In this document: piece after piece, positions 40,799-50,347 of the stretch | Layout: every line of letters begins with the position of its first letter | Position numbering within the stretch: position 1 is the first letter of the stretch | Source: Acidobacteriota bacterium | GTDB taxonomy: Bacteria; Acidobacteriota; UBA6911; RPQK01; JADFOI01 | Direction of reading: 5' to 3' | Length of the DNA stretch: 64,000 nt | Assembly (NCBI GenBank): GCA_963663035.1 | Contig: OY760074.1 | Location: 128,001-192,000 of the forward strand | Notes under the pieces: model-generated | What the model saw: the letters and a program-made list of their open reading frames with translations, nothing else | Databases searched by the model: none | What the model was told of the DNA's origin: nothing | Position numbers and translations under genes: made by a program

Positions 40799-42025
40799 AT
40801 GTTCAGCCCTGCGCTGGCCCTGGGTCTTTCTCAGGGCGAGGACCAGGGCACCAGCGGCGCCGACTTGCTCGAAGCCCAGCGCCTGACCGCTGTGGAAAGG
40901 GTCCTGCCGCAGGAGAGATCCCCGGCTAAGAGAACGCTCCCCAGAGGCGAAGAGGTCTCTCGCTTTGTGGCCAACCTGCTGCGGATCTGGAAAGGTTTCC
41001 ATTTCGCGACGGGAGACTTCCCGGCAGGTGCGGGCTTTGTCTACGGTGTCGGTTACACCTATTCCCGGATGGGTACCTCTTCCTCCGTAGAGGGCTTTCC
41101 CGACCGCATGGAGGTTGACGTGGTGGCTTCCTACAGCACCCGCAGGTACGCCCTGATAGGTTTCGATCTCAGACTGCGGAACTTCCGTGGTACCCCACTC
41201 AACTTCGCCTTACATGGGAAGGCGAGCGAGTTCCCCCAGGAAGAGTTCTTCGGCTTCGGTCGAGCCAGCCGTGAAGAAGACCGGACCAACTACCTCAAAA
41301 GATCCCTGGATGGAGGATTCGATCTCTGGATCGAGCCGCTGGAGAGATTTCGTGTGGGAGGAGGCGCGACCTACTTGAGTCCCAGCATTGGCTCGGGCCG
41401 GGACGATCGATTTGTTTCCAGCGAAGATTTTTTCGATGAGACCACCCTTCCCGGTTTTCAGAGGCAGCCAGACTTCTGGCGCTTTGACGGGTTTGTGGAT
41501 TTCGACTATCGAGACCAGCCCTGGGATCCCCATGTCGGCGGGTTCTACGGAGGGCGCCTCTCAAGTTTTCGGGACCGCCACCTGGACACCTTTCATTTCC
41601 ATCGCTTCGAGGGAGACTTGCAGCAATATTTCCCCCTCTACTGGAGAGAAGGAGTGATTGCCCTGCGTGCCAACCTTGTGATGACGGACTTTAGCGTGGG
41701 CGAGGCAGTGCCTTTCTACTACATGCCGACGCTGGGGGGTGGTGAGAAGCTGCGCGGTTTCAGGGAGTTCCGATTCCGTGACCTCAACAGTTTACTGCTC
41801 ACCGCCGAGTACCGATGGAGGGCCTGGTGGGTCCTTGACATGGACCTGTTCCTGGATGCCGGCAAGGTCACCTTCGACCACGCCGACATTCACTTCAAGG
41901 ATTTAGAAGCCTCCTACGGGTTTGGATTGCGCTTTCATAGCTCCGACGCACTGGTCCTTCGACTCGACCTTGCCTTCAGCCGAGAGGGGTTCATCCCTCT
42001 GTTCAGGTTTAGGCATCTCTTCTGA
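40799..42025 (+). CDS. BamA/TamA (Omp85) family outer-membrane beta-barrel (start uncertain)
   Basis: LGGGEKLRGF..RF, FLDAGKV, SYGFGLRF, terminal Phe. Confidence 0.8.
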   Translation: MFSPALALGLSQGEDQGTSGADLLEAQRLTAVERVLPQERSPAKRTLPRGEEVSRFVANLLRIWKGFHFATGDFPAGAGFVYGVGYTYSRMGTSSSVEGFPDRMEVDVVASYSTRRYALIGFDLRLRNFRGTPLNFALHGKASEFPQEEFFGFGRASREEDRTNYLKRSLDGGFDLWIEPLERFRVGGGATYLSPSIGSGRDDRFVSSEDFFDETTLPGFQRQPDFWRFDGFVDFDYRDQPWDPHVGGFYGGRLSSFRDRHLDTFHFHRFEGDLQQYFPLYWREGVIALRANLVMTDFSVGEAVPFYYMPTLGGGEKLRGFREFRFRDLNSLLLTAEYRWRAWWVLDMDLFLDAGKVTFDHADIHFKDLEASYGFGLRFHSSDALVLRLDLAFSREGFIPLFRFRHLF

Positions 42026-42039
42026 GTGGTTTCGCCTAG

Positions 42040-42235
42040 CCCGCATTTCTCACGCCAGGTCGTCGCGAAGCGGCGAAAGGACCGGAAAACAGAGCCGTGG
42101 GCTTTAGCCCACGGGCCCGCAGGCTAAAGCCTGCGGCTCCGACTGGCGCGCGAGGGGCACCCGCTTGCGGGTCGTGCAACACAGTCAGGGCGGATCATTA
42201 CGCCGATGCAGCAGAGCGGGTGTGAGAAGTGCGGG
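42040..42235. mobile_element. MITE family B, long form carrying a REP-like doublet (196 bp)
   Basis: TIRs CCCGCATTTCTCAC / CCCGCACTTCTCAC; CTAG/CTAT flanks. Confidence 0.87.
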
Positions 42236-42658
42236 CTATAGTCCTTTGATCGTTTCTTCCCGGTCACCGGCGATGTAGCGGATGACATCTACTGTGTCGA
42301 TGACCAGGGAGGCAGCGTTGAGGGCCATCAAGACACGAATCCAGATGCCAAAAAAATCGTTGGCCGGAATCTCACCCAGCCGAATCCAAAGGAAGTACAG
42401 CAGGGGAATCCAAAGAACGTGACCGAGTCCCAGAAGACGACTAAACCCGGACAGACGGGTCAGAGTTGTCATGAGAATCATGCTGGCCAAAACGGTCGCC
42501 AAAACAACCTGGCTCTCCACACGGTTGAGAAAGAAAAGCGGCAACACCAGGTTGGCCATGACCAGCAACATGTTCCAGAGCATCCAGTGAACGGGCAGGT
42601 TAAGGACGCCCCTGTTGAACCTGATGAAAGCCTTCCATGGAGTCGTAAGGATGGACAT
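42236..42658 (-). CDS. Hypothetical integral membrane protein
   Basis: About four hydrophobic segments; RLLGLGH; GGAGG RBS. Confidence 0.75.
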   Translation of the reverse strand: MSILTTPWKAFIRFNRGVLNLPVHWMLWNMLLVMANLVLPLFFLNRVESQVVLATVLASMILMTTLTRLSGFSRLLGLGHVLWIPLLYFLWIRLGEIPANDFFGIWIRVLMALNAASLVIDTVDVIRYIAGDREETIKGL

Positions 42659-42713
42659 AATTCACCTCCCTATTGCAGCCATCGGGTCCAATTTCCAACC
42701 CATAACCAGGAGA

Positions 42714-43433
42714 TTAGTCAACTCCACAACCTTTTTCTGCGGGTGGTGTCTCCGTCAGGAGTGAGGCTATAAGCGGCCCACTGGGATCTCTGGCAGCCAG
42801 CTCACGCGCAGCTTCACCGAGTTGCTGGGTCAGGGAAGCATTCGTTTTTCCCAAATCGGCAATACACTGCTGAAGTTTTTCAATCTTCGGTGCCATCTCC
42901 TCGACCGTGAATCGCTGCTTGATGTGCTGGGGGCAATTGGGACTCCAGGCCTTCACGTTGAAGCGCAGGACGCGCTCTGGTCGCGCCTGGTAATCGGTCT
43001 CGACAAGTTTTTGCAACAGCTGGGGGTCGTCTTCGACAAATTCGGCAGTGCCCCAGATTTTGATGCGACGGCGGTTTGGGTAGTCCATCAGGAACATGAA
43101 CGCTTTGTTGTTTTCGCTCAGATTTCCCAGGGAGATGTATTGGGCATTCCCGGCAAAGTCGGCCAGCCCAAGGGTGTGTTCATCCAGCACTTTGAGGAAG
43201 CCTTTAGGCCCGCCGCGGTACTGGATGTAGGGTTGACCATCCGCACCCGCAGTACCCAGATAAAGAGAGTCTTGCTCGGCGATGAGGTTCGCCAGTTCGG
43301 GCGTTACAACATCGTGCCAGGGGCCCTGCTCGCCCCGCACTTCCATCCTGGCGTAGGAGGAGCGTGAGCCGCGTTTCTCCTGGGCTTCCTTAACCCTGGG
43401 AGTGAAGGCGACTTCACTGATCGGGTGTTTCAT
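42714..43433 (-). CDS. Pyridoxamine 5'-phosphate oxidase-like FMN-binding protein
   Basis: FTPRVK.AQ..RGSR, YRGGPKGFLKVLD, ADFAGN.QYIS.GNL, NCPQHI. Confidence 0.87.
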   Translation of the reverse strand: MKHPISEVAFTPRVKEAQEKRGSRSSYARMEVRGEQGPWHDVVTPELANLIAEQDSLYLGTAGADGQPYIQYRGGPKGFLKVLDEHTLGLADFAGNAQYISLGNLSENNKAFMFLMDYPNRRRIKIWGTAEFVEDDPQLLQKLVETDYQARPERVLRFNVKAWSPNCPQHIKQRFTVEEMAPKIEKLQQCIADLGKTNASLTQQLGEAARELAARDPSGPLIASLLTETPPAEKGCGVD

Positions 43434-43522
43434 GAGAGGGCCTCCTTATGTAAAAATCTATTTGAAAAGAGTTTTCGTTGCTTCATTAAAGATCTATCCG
43501 AAAGGGATTGCAAGGAGTCTCT

Positions 43523-44518
43523 ATGACTTGGCATGTCTTTGTTGCGCGGAGTATCCCTGAAAATGGTCCGTCCATGCTCCAGGAGGCTGGTTTCAAGGTT
43601 GATGTCAACCAGGGAGAACGAGTCCTGTCCAAAGAAGAACTCATCGATAGCTTAAGAGGCAAGGATGCGCTCTTGAGCCTTTTGACTGATGAGGTGGACA
43701 GTGACGTTCTCTTGTCCAGTCCGGACCTCAAGATTGTTTCCAATTATGCTGTTGGATTCGACAATATCGATGTCCCGACTGCCACCAAGCATGGAATCGC
43801 TGTAACCAATACGCCGGGTGTGTTGACAGAGGCTGTCGCAGAACACACCCTGGCGCTGATGCTGACAGCTGCCCGGAGGATCGCCGAAGCGGACCGGTTT
43901 ACTCGAGCAGGCAGGTACAAGGTATGGGGACCCAAGCTCTTTCTCGGTCAGCCAATCGCGGGCAGAACGCTGGGTCTGGTTGGACTGGGCAGAATTGGAA
44001 TAGCTGTTGCGCACAGAGCCATCAAGGGGATGGGCATGAAGGTGATTTACTATAGCCCCAATGATAATAAGGAGTTCGAGAAGGACTACGAAGCCAGGCG
44101 AGTCGAACTGGATACGCTACTGAAAGAGGCTGACGTCATTTCGCTGCATGTCCCTCTTTCCGATCAGACTTTTCACCTCATCAGCACAGAAGAGTTTCGC
44201 ACCATGAAGTCTTCAGCGATTTTGATCAACACAGCACGTGGACCCATCGTTGATGAAGCCGCACTGGTTGAGGCATTACAGGAAAAGAGAATATTTTCTG
44301 CTGCATTGGATGTCTTTGAATGCGAGCCGGCCATTTCCTGCGACAGCGAAGCAGAGGTGCAACTCAAGGACCTCGATAACGTCATCCTGACACCACACAT
44401 CGCCTCAGCTACTACAGTTGCCAGGGCAAAGATGGCAGAGATGGCGGCGCAGAGCATTATCGATCTGGCCAATGGGAAAACTCCAGAGAACATTCTAAAC
44501 AAAGAGGTCTTGAGCTAG
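43523..44518 (+). CDS. D-2-hydroxyacid dehydrogenase (glyoxylate/hydroxypyruvate reductase-like)
   Basis: AVGFDNID, NTPGVLT, GLGRIG, INTARG, LDVFE.EP, TPHIAS. Confidence 0.92.
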   Translation: MTWHVFVARSIPENGPSMLQEAGFKVDVNQGERVLSKEELIDSLRGKDALLSLLTDEVDSDVLLSSPDLKIVSNYAVGFDNIDVPTATKHGIAVTNTPGVLTEAVAEHTLALMLTAARRIAEADRFTRAGRYKVWGPKLFLGQPIAGRTLGLVGLGRIGIAVAHRAIKGMGMKVIYYSPNDNKEFEKDYEARRVELDTLLKEADVISLHVPLSDQTFHLISTEEFRTMKSSAILINTARGPIVDEAALVEALQEKRIFSAALDVFECEPAISCDSEAEVQLKDLDNVILTPHIASATTVARAKMAEMAAQSIIDLANGKTPENILNKEVLS

Positions 44519-44714
44519 CCCGCATTTATCACATCAGGTCGTCACGAAGCGGCGAAAGGGCCGGAAAACAGAGCCGTGGGCTTTAGCCCACGGGCCCGCA
44601 GGCTAAAGCCTGCGGCTCCGACTGGCGCGCGAGGGGTACCCGCTTGCGGGTCGCGCAACGCAGTCAGGTCGGATCATTGCGCCGATGCAGTAGAGCGGGT
44701 GTGAGAAGTGCGGG
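44519..44714. mobile_element. MITE family B, long form (196 bp), perfect CTAG duplication
   Basis: CTAG at 44515-44518 and 44715-44718; near-identical to the 42040 copy. Confidence 0.9.
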
Positions 44715-44770
44715 CTAGTGGATGATGGGGCACCGGGAGAGCCAGCGAAGAAGGCGAGTACTCGCGAGTA

Positions 44771-46657
44771 CTAAGGAATCAAGACCTGGACGGGCCAGCG
44801 CACTCCTTTCCACAGACCCTTGCCTGCTTTTGTCAGAGCCCCGACAAAAGAGTGAACCTGCATGTCCTTGATATCCTCGTTGGATAGCATGCTCCGGTAA
44901 CTGTGAGAATTCCAGGCGGGAAACCAGACGGTGTAAAGAAGATGTTTGGGCATCTCCTTCAAAACTTGCCGTGAGATCCGACTCATCAGGTACTGATCCT
45001 GATTCAACTCGGGATCCAACTCCGAGAGAATACCGCTGACGGTAATCTGCGCCTTTATAAAGAGACCGATATTGAAGCGAATCTGAAATCCTCGCTGAGC
45101 AGTCTTTTTCATCAACTCGCCCAGGACGTCGAAGACCTGGCTTTTGCCATTCTCACGGAGAGTCTCTTCTACGATGATGCGAATGGCCTCCTGCTCCTCC
45201 GGCGACTCCCAATCATCGCTTTCGATTAAGCTTCCCATATGGTTTCTTAAGCGCTTTGCATCGTTCAAGTAGATGCCCAAGAACAGCTGCATGAGTTCGG
45301 CCCTTTGCTGGCGGGGGAACACACCGGAGAGCCCCCAGTCCAACAGAGCGATCCGGTAAGGATCCTTCGCTTCACCCAGGACATGGAAAACATTTCCAGC
45401 ATGAGGATCACCGTGAAAAAGCGCCTCCTCCTGGGAGGACAAGAGCACATCCAGGGTCAGCACATCGATAAGACGACGGGCTAACTTGGCCCGTGCTTTG
45501 GGCTGGCCAGGAAAGGCAGCCGTGATTTTTTGACCATGGATTAACTCCATGATCGTCACCCGCTCCGTGGACAAGGGATAAAGTTCCGGCACCGTCACCT
45601 TGCTGTTGTGTCGATAATAGGCTCCCGCTTTGGCCAGATTCTCTTGCTCATTGATCACCTGGATCTCTCTAGAAAGAGCCTCCCGGATTTCTGCGAACAT
45701 GTCCGAAAGAAGAATGGTCCCGATCTCGTAAAAGTCGGAATACTCCGCAAAGTAGTTGGCCAAATCATCGAAGATGACGAGTTCTTCTGAGAGTGCGGAT
45801 ATGGCCTGTGGCTTGATGATTTTGGCTACCGCTTCCCGGGCTCTCGTCTCTCCTGGAAAAACCAGACTTCGGAACTGCAGAACTGCACCCACCGTTGCCT
45901 CGGCAAGGACTTCGTCGGAAAAGCTAATCTGGTACTCTTCCACCGTTTCGGGCCCGAGTTCCTGGAGAATCAACTCCACCAGTTCATCGCGACTCGTTGT
46001 GCTCAAGCTGTTCTCCAGGACCTGAAGGGCTTCTCGAAGGTCTGGGGGAACATCTGGATTCCTGGCAAATATCTGTCCAATCTTCTGAAGAGTGGGTGTC
46101 GCGGAGACAAATTTCAGGACTTGCTCCCCCCTCTGGGCATCAGCGGGCAGAGAAAACTGATCCATGAGCTTCTCGAGAAGACGCTCTTCTCCCAGGCGGT
46201 CTAGAAAAAACAGGAGCGAGTCATGAATAATGGGAATCCATCCCCCGGCTTTTTCGGGAACGATCTCCAAAACTCGTGAGCGATGCAGCAAAAGTTCCAG
46301 TACCTGCGGCCGCCACTTTGCCCAATCCACAGTTTTCAGAGCGGCCATGACCTCGCTCTGGGAGGGTTGGGGTTGGCCTTGAGTGTCGGGCTCCCCCACA
46401 AGTTGGAGGATCAGGGACTGCTGGGATGGTTCTAATTCCGGAAATACGCTGCTGAACAGACGAAGGCCCTCTGTCTCAGGATCGAAGGTGTCGTAGTGCT
46501 CCGGCGGCGTGGGAAGAGGAATCTCCGCTTTGAGAAATGTAGGCGAAGTCAGTAGGACTGTCCAAAAAGCGAGCCACCACTGGACTCGAAGAACATGAGC
46601 AGCCAGTGGACAACTTGATTTTCGGCGAATCTCTCTAGGCTCCTTTAGGTGCTTCAT
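44771..46657 (-). CDS. AarF/UbiB (ABC1) atypical kinase family protein
   Basis: KIGQ, LAEATVG loop, VAKIIKP, HGDPHAGN, LLDWG. Confidence 0.82.
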   Translation of the reverse strand: MKHLKEPREIRRKSSCPLAAHVLRVQWWLAFWTVLLTSPTFLKAEIPLPTPPEHYDTFDPETEGLRLFSSVFPELEPSQQSLILQLVGEPDTQGQPQPSQSEVMAALKTVDWAKWRPQVLELLLHRSRVLEIVPEKAGGWIPIIHDSLLFFLDRLGEERLLEKLMDQFSLPADAQRGEQVLKFVSATPTLQKIGQIFARNPDVPPDLREALQVLENSLSTTSRDELVELILQELGPETVEEYQISFSDEVLAEATVGAVLQFRSLVFPGETRAREAVAKIIKPQAISALSEELVIFDDLANYFAEYSDFYEIGTILLSDMFAEIREALSREIQVINEQENLAKAGAYYRHNSKVTVPELYPLSTERVTIMELIHGQKITAAFPGQPKARAKLARRLIDVLTLDVLLSSQEEALFHGDPHAGNVFHVLGEAKDPYRIALLDWGLSGVFPRQQRAELMQLFLGIYLNDAKRLRNHMGSLIESDDWESPEEQEAIRIIVEETLRENGKSQVFDVLGELMKKTAQRGFQIRFNIGLFIKAQITVSGILSELDPELNQDQYLMSRISRQVLKEMPKHLLYTVWFPAWNSHSYRSMLSNEDIKDMQVHSFVGALTKAGKGLWKGVRWPVQVLIP

Positions 46658-47129
46658 TCCCAGTCTTACTGGCTTCTTTCAAGCGTCGTCGTCGTCGTCG
46701 GAGCGCTGCGCGGTAACGGCTTTTCTCCTCCTCCGTCTCTGCAATCAGGGGTGGAATCTTTGCGGGTCTGCCATCCTTGTCCAGGGCAACAAAGGTTAAA
46801 AAGGCAGTGCTGGTTTTCATGCGTTTACCGCTGAGCGGATCTTCTGAGAAGACTTGAACCTCTACTTCCATCGAGGTTGTAAAAGCTCTTGTCACAGACG
46901 CCTCCAGCAGCACCAGCTGCCCAACCTTGATAGGATGCAAAAAACGAACAGAATCGACCGAGACAGTGACGACAGGCATCCTACTGTGCCGAAAAGTAGC
47001 AATTGCCCCAGCCATATCCATCAGGTGCATGACCTTCCCACCCAGGATGTTCCCATGAGTATTAGCGTCATTGGGAAGGACCTGTTCAGTCATGGTCGTT
47101 CGTGATTGCGAAACCGGCTTACCTTTCAT
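46635..47129 (-). CDS. Acyl-CoA thioesterase (YciA-like hotdog fold)
   Basis: PNDANTHGNILGG, VVTVSVD, TSMEVEV, TFVALD. Confidence 0.92.
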   Translation of the reverse strand: MKGKPVSQSRTTMTEQVLPNDANTHGNILGGKVMHLMDMAGAIATFRHSRMPVVTVSVDSVRFLHPIKVGQLVLLEASVTRAFTTSMEVEVQVFSEDPLSGKRMKTSTAFLTFVALDKDGRPAKIPPLIAETEEEKSRYRAALRRRRRRLKEASKTGNEAPKGA

Positions 47130-47304
47130 CTTTTCGGATAGCTTTGCGAATCTTGATTGTCCAGTCAAGTGATGGCCTGAAATCGCCCCTACAGAAGCTT
47201 TTGAGGCCTTGTTACAAGTCCGGCGAAGCAGTAGTCTTATCTCTCCAGATGATGGTCACGATTAGAAGCTTCAGATCGTTCTCGCTGATTTGGAGGCCCA
47301 GGCG

Positions 47305-49047
47305 ATGAAGTTACTCTCTGTCAATGTCTCCCTTCCCAAAGAGATCACCTTCAAGGGAAAGACGGTTCGAACAGGCATCTTTAAAAAGCCTGTCGAGGGG
47401 CGGGTCGGGGTGAAGACGCTCAATCTCGAGGGCGACGGCCAGGCTGACCTGCTGGGTCACGGCGGACTCTTCAGAGCGGTGTACGTTTACTCCTTCGATA
47501 ATTATGCCTCTTGGGAGGGTGAGCTGGGGAGGTCAGATTTCACCTTTGGCCAATTTGGCGAAAACCTCACGGGTGAGGGATTGCTGGATCAAGACGTTCA
47601 TGTTGGCGATATCTTCAGAATCGGTACGGTGATTTTCCAGGTCACTCAACCCCGAGTCCCCTGTTACAAGCTGGCCATCAAAATGGGTGTTGAGGGGTTC
47701 TATAATCAGCTTCTGGCCAGTGGGCGGCTGGGTTTCTATTTTCGGGTGCTCCAAGAGGGTGAGGTTGGCGCCGGAGACGTGATCGAAAGAACCAGGGTTG
47801 ACCCCATCGGCATGCCGATTACTGAGGTCAACAAACTCATGTATTTCGACAAGGACAATCTCGAGGGCGCCAGAAAGTCCCTCCGCGTTGAAGCACTTTC
47901 CCCGGGTTGGCGAACCACCTTTGAAGGGCGTTTGGCCAAGGCCGAGCTGTCCACGAGCATCCAGGAGAAACTCAGAACATTCATTGTCGATCGTAAGGTA
48001 GCGGAGAGTGAAACCATCACCTCATTTTATCTCCTGCCCCAAGACGGCAAGCCTTTAGCACCTTTTTTGCCGGGACAGTTTTTGCCCTTGAAACTGGATA
48101 TAGCGGGACAGTACAAACCCGTGTTGCGGACGTATTCACTGTCGGACAGCCCCAATAGAGATTACTATCGGCTGACCATCAAGAGAGAACCCGCTCCCGC
48201 TGACCGGCCGGATCTGTACCCGGGGGTCTCTTCCACTTACTTTCATGATGAGGTCGAGCCCGGCTCGAAGCTGTCAGCCAAGTCCCCCAGAGGAAAATTC
48301 TTCCTGGACGCACAGGCTGAAACCCCGCTGGTGTTACTCAGTGCAGGTGTTGGGCTGACACCTTTGATCAGCATGCTAAACGCAATAGTTGAGGCGGGTT
48401 CGAACCGACCCGTTTGGTTTATTCATGGCAGCCGAAACGGCCGTGAGCACGTTATGGGAGCCCATGTGCGGCAAGTTGCCGAAGAGAACAGCAACGTCCA
48501 GATTCACATTCGCTACAGTAGACCTTCCTCAGAGGACACCGTGGGACGTGACTATGATGAGGCCGGTTATGTAGATATCGACCTGGTGAAACGTTTTGTG
48601 CCCAGCAAAGCTGTTGATTTCTATCTGTGTGGGCCCACTCCTTTCCTGAAATCTCTCTTTGAGGGGTTACTGGCCTGGGGGGTATCCGAGTCGCGGATTC
48701 ACTATGAGTTTTTCGGTCCCGCTTCTGCCCTCAAGGAGCGGGCAAAGGTCGCACCGGCAAAGCGGGCAGCTGAAGTCGCTGAGTGCTGTGAGGAAATCGA
48801 GGTCACCTTCTCCAAGTCGAGCGTCAAGGCAAATTGGAACCCCTCTTTTGAAAGCATCCTGGACTTGGCTGAGGCCAATGGATTGAGTCCGGATTACAGC
48901 TGCAGGGCAGGAATTTGTCATACTTGTATTTGTGAGCTCGAGGAGGGTGAGGTGGAGTACGTTCAAGAGCCACTGGAGCCGCCCGATGAGGGATCAGTAC
49001 TGATTTGCTGCTCCAAGCCCAAGACCAATGTGGTGGTCGGTCTATGA
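47305..49047 (+). CDS. MOSC (YiiM-like) / FAD-NAD reductase / 2Fe-2S fusion protein
   Basis: GQFGENL, QPRVPCYKL, RTYSLS, AGVGLTP, YLCGP, CRAGICHTC..C. Confidence 0.9.
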   Translation: MKLLSVNVSLPKEITFKGKTVRTGIFKKPVEGRVGVKTLNLEGDGQADLLGHGGLFRAVYVYSFDNYASWEGELGRSDFTFGQFGENLTGEGLLDQDVHVGDIFRIGTVIFQVTQPRVPCYKLAIKMGVEGFYNQLLASGRLGFYFRVLQEGEVGAGDVIERTRVDPIGMPITEVNKLMYFDKDNLEGARKSLRVEALSPGWRTTFEGRLAKAELSTSIQEKLRTFIVDRKVAESETITSFYLLPQDGKPLAPFLPGQFLPLKLDIAGQYKPVLRTYSLSDSPNRDYYRLTIKREPAPADRPDLYPGVSSTYFHDEVEPGSKLSAKSPRGKFFLDAQAETPLVLLSAGVGLTPLISMLNAIVEAGSNRPVWFIHGSRNGREHVMGAHVRQVAEENSNVQIHIRYSRPSSEDTVGRDYDEAGYVDIDLVKRFVPSKAVDFYLCGPTPFLKSLFEGLLAWGVSESRIHYEFFGPASALKERAKVAPAKRAAEVAECCEEIEVTFSKSSVKANWNPSFESILDLAEANGLSPDYSCRAGICHTCICELEEGEVEYVQEPLEPPDEGSVLICCSKPKTNVVVGL

Positions 49048-49080
49048 AGTCGGCTCTGGCCTACGGGCTAAAGAGGCCGG

Positions 49081-49150
49081 CAGGCTAAAGCCTGCGGCTC
49101 TGCTGGGAGCTAATGAGGATCAGTCAGAGCCGTGGGCTTTAGCCCACGGG
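49081..49150. repeat. Free-standing REP-like hairpin doublet between convergent genes
   Basis: CAGGCTAAAGCCTG and CCGTGGGCTTTAGCCCACGG. Confidence 0.8.
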
Positions 49151-49157
49151 CCCAGGG

Positions 49158-50255
49158 TCATTGGACAAAGATCGGATTGGACAGGATCCAGGGCTTGTCT
49201 CGAAGCAGGCGTGGAGGGTCTAACAAGTAGACTTCCACGCGGTAGACTCCAGGCTCATCAGCCTGCAGAGAAAAGCGAGTTCCCTCAAATTCCTGAAAGG
49301 TGTCCCCAGACCGTTTGAGAAGGAACCGTACGGGAACCGGAGATTGAAGGACGAGCTCGGATCCTCTGGCCACCTGTGCACCCATGGGACGAAATTGACC
49401 TTCTTCCCTGGCGTGAAACGAGAAACCCGTGGGATCTGCGATTTTTTCAAAGGAAATGTAGCAAGATCCCGCCTCCAAAGCCTGCACAATGGCTTCCCCA
49501 GAGACCTCCTTTTCGGGAGCCAACAAAACGTGGTTGGTCACAAACTCGAAACTGCTCCGATAGGGGTCCAGCATGACAGAAGAGATCTTCTGCCCCGAGG
49601 TTGTCTGGAGCACAATTCCGATATTCTGGTGGGCATCATTTCCGGCCGTGCCGGTGACTTTCCTTATGAGAAGGAACCGGTCCCACAGGAGCAGACGATC
49701 AGGGTTCATTTCCCAAAGCTGAAAAAAGAAGAGATTGGAGTAAAGGACCCGATGGTAAATAAAGTTTACCCAATTATAAGGTGTATTCTTCAACAGGGCA
49801 TTCTCGTGCATGTTATAAACTTCAAATCCGTTGAAGCGGACAGGGAGCTGCTCCAGGTCGGAGCCTGTATAGATGTTGAGATCTGAACCTGGAGTTGTCA
49901 GAACAGTGCCGACCTGGGCCACGTTTTCCTCTGAACCGTAAATGAGAACCAACTCAGGATCTTCGATTTGCTGAAAGAGGAAGGGTTCTCTGACGTGTTC
50001 GGTCAGGAAGAGATAATGGTAACCCGCCTCCTTGGCGGCCTGGATAATCTCGGGATAGGTGCCGAGACTGTGGCCTCCAGCAGCACTGTGAACGTGGATC
50101 GTTCCTCTTAAGTCGAGAAAGGGTGTCGATTGGACCTGCTGGGGAGTCAGGTTGGTGAGATAACGAGACAGGCGGTAGCTTTGAAAGAGATTGTAGAGGA
50201 AAGGAAGCTGGATGAGAATCAGGACACCAAGGAGATACCGCAGAATCTTGATCAA
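49158..50255 (-). CDS. PHP-family metallophosphoesterase-like protein
   Basis: GTIHVHS, LTEH, FEVYN, AGNDAH, WILSNPIFV; N-terminal TM; start uncertain. Confidence 0.78.
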   Translation of the reverse strand: MIKILRYLLGVLILIQLPFLYNLFQSYRLSRYLTNLTPQQVQSTPFLDLRGTIHVHSAAGGHSLGTYPEIIQAAKEAGYHYLFLTEHVREPFLFQQIEDPELVLIYGSEENVAQVGTVLTTPGSDLNIYTGSDLEQLPVRFNGFEVYNMHENALLKNTPYNWVNFIYHRVLYSNLFFFQLWEMNPDRLLLWDRFLLIRKVTGTAGNDAHQNIGIVLQTTSGQKISSVMLDPYRSSFEFVTNHVLLAPEKEVSGEAIVQALEAGSCYISFEKIADPTGFSFHAREEGQFRPMGAQVARGSELVLQSPVPVRFLLKRSGDTFQEFEGTRFSLQADEPGVYRVEVYLLDPPRLLRDKPWILSNPIFVQ

Positions 50256-50347
50256 GGTTAAACATTATATAGCACAGCCGGGAGAGTTTGGCTTGCCACT
50301 CACCGGGGAGGACGCTAATATTGCGAAAACAAAAAAGGGGTGGTTCG

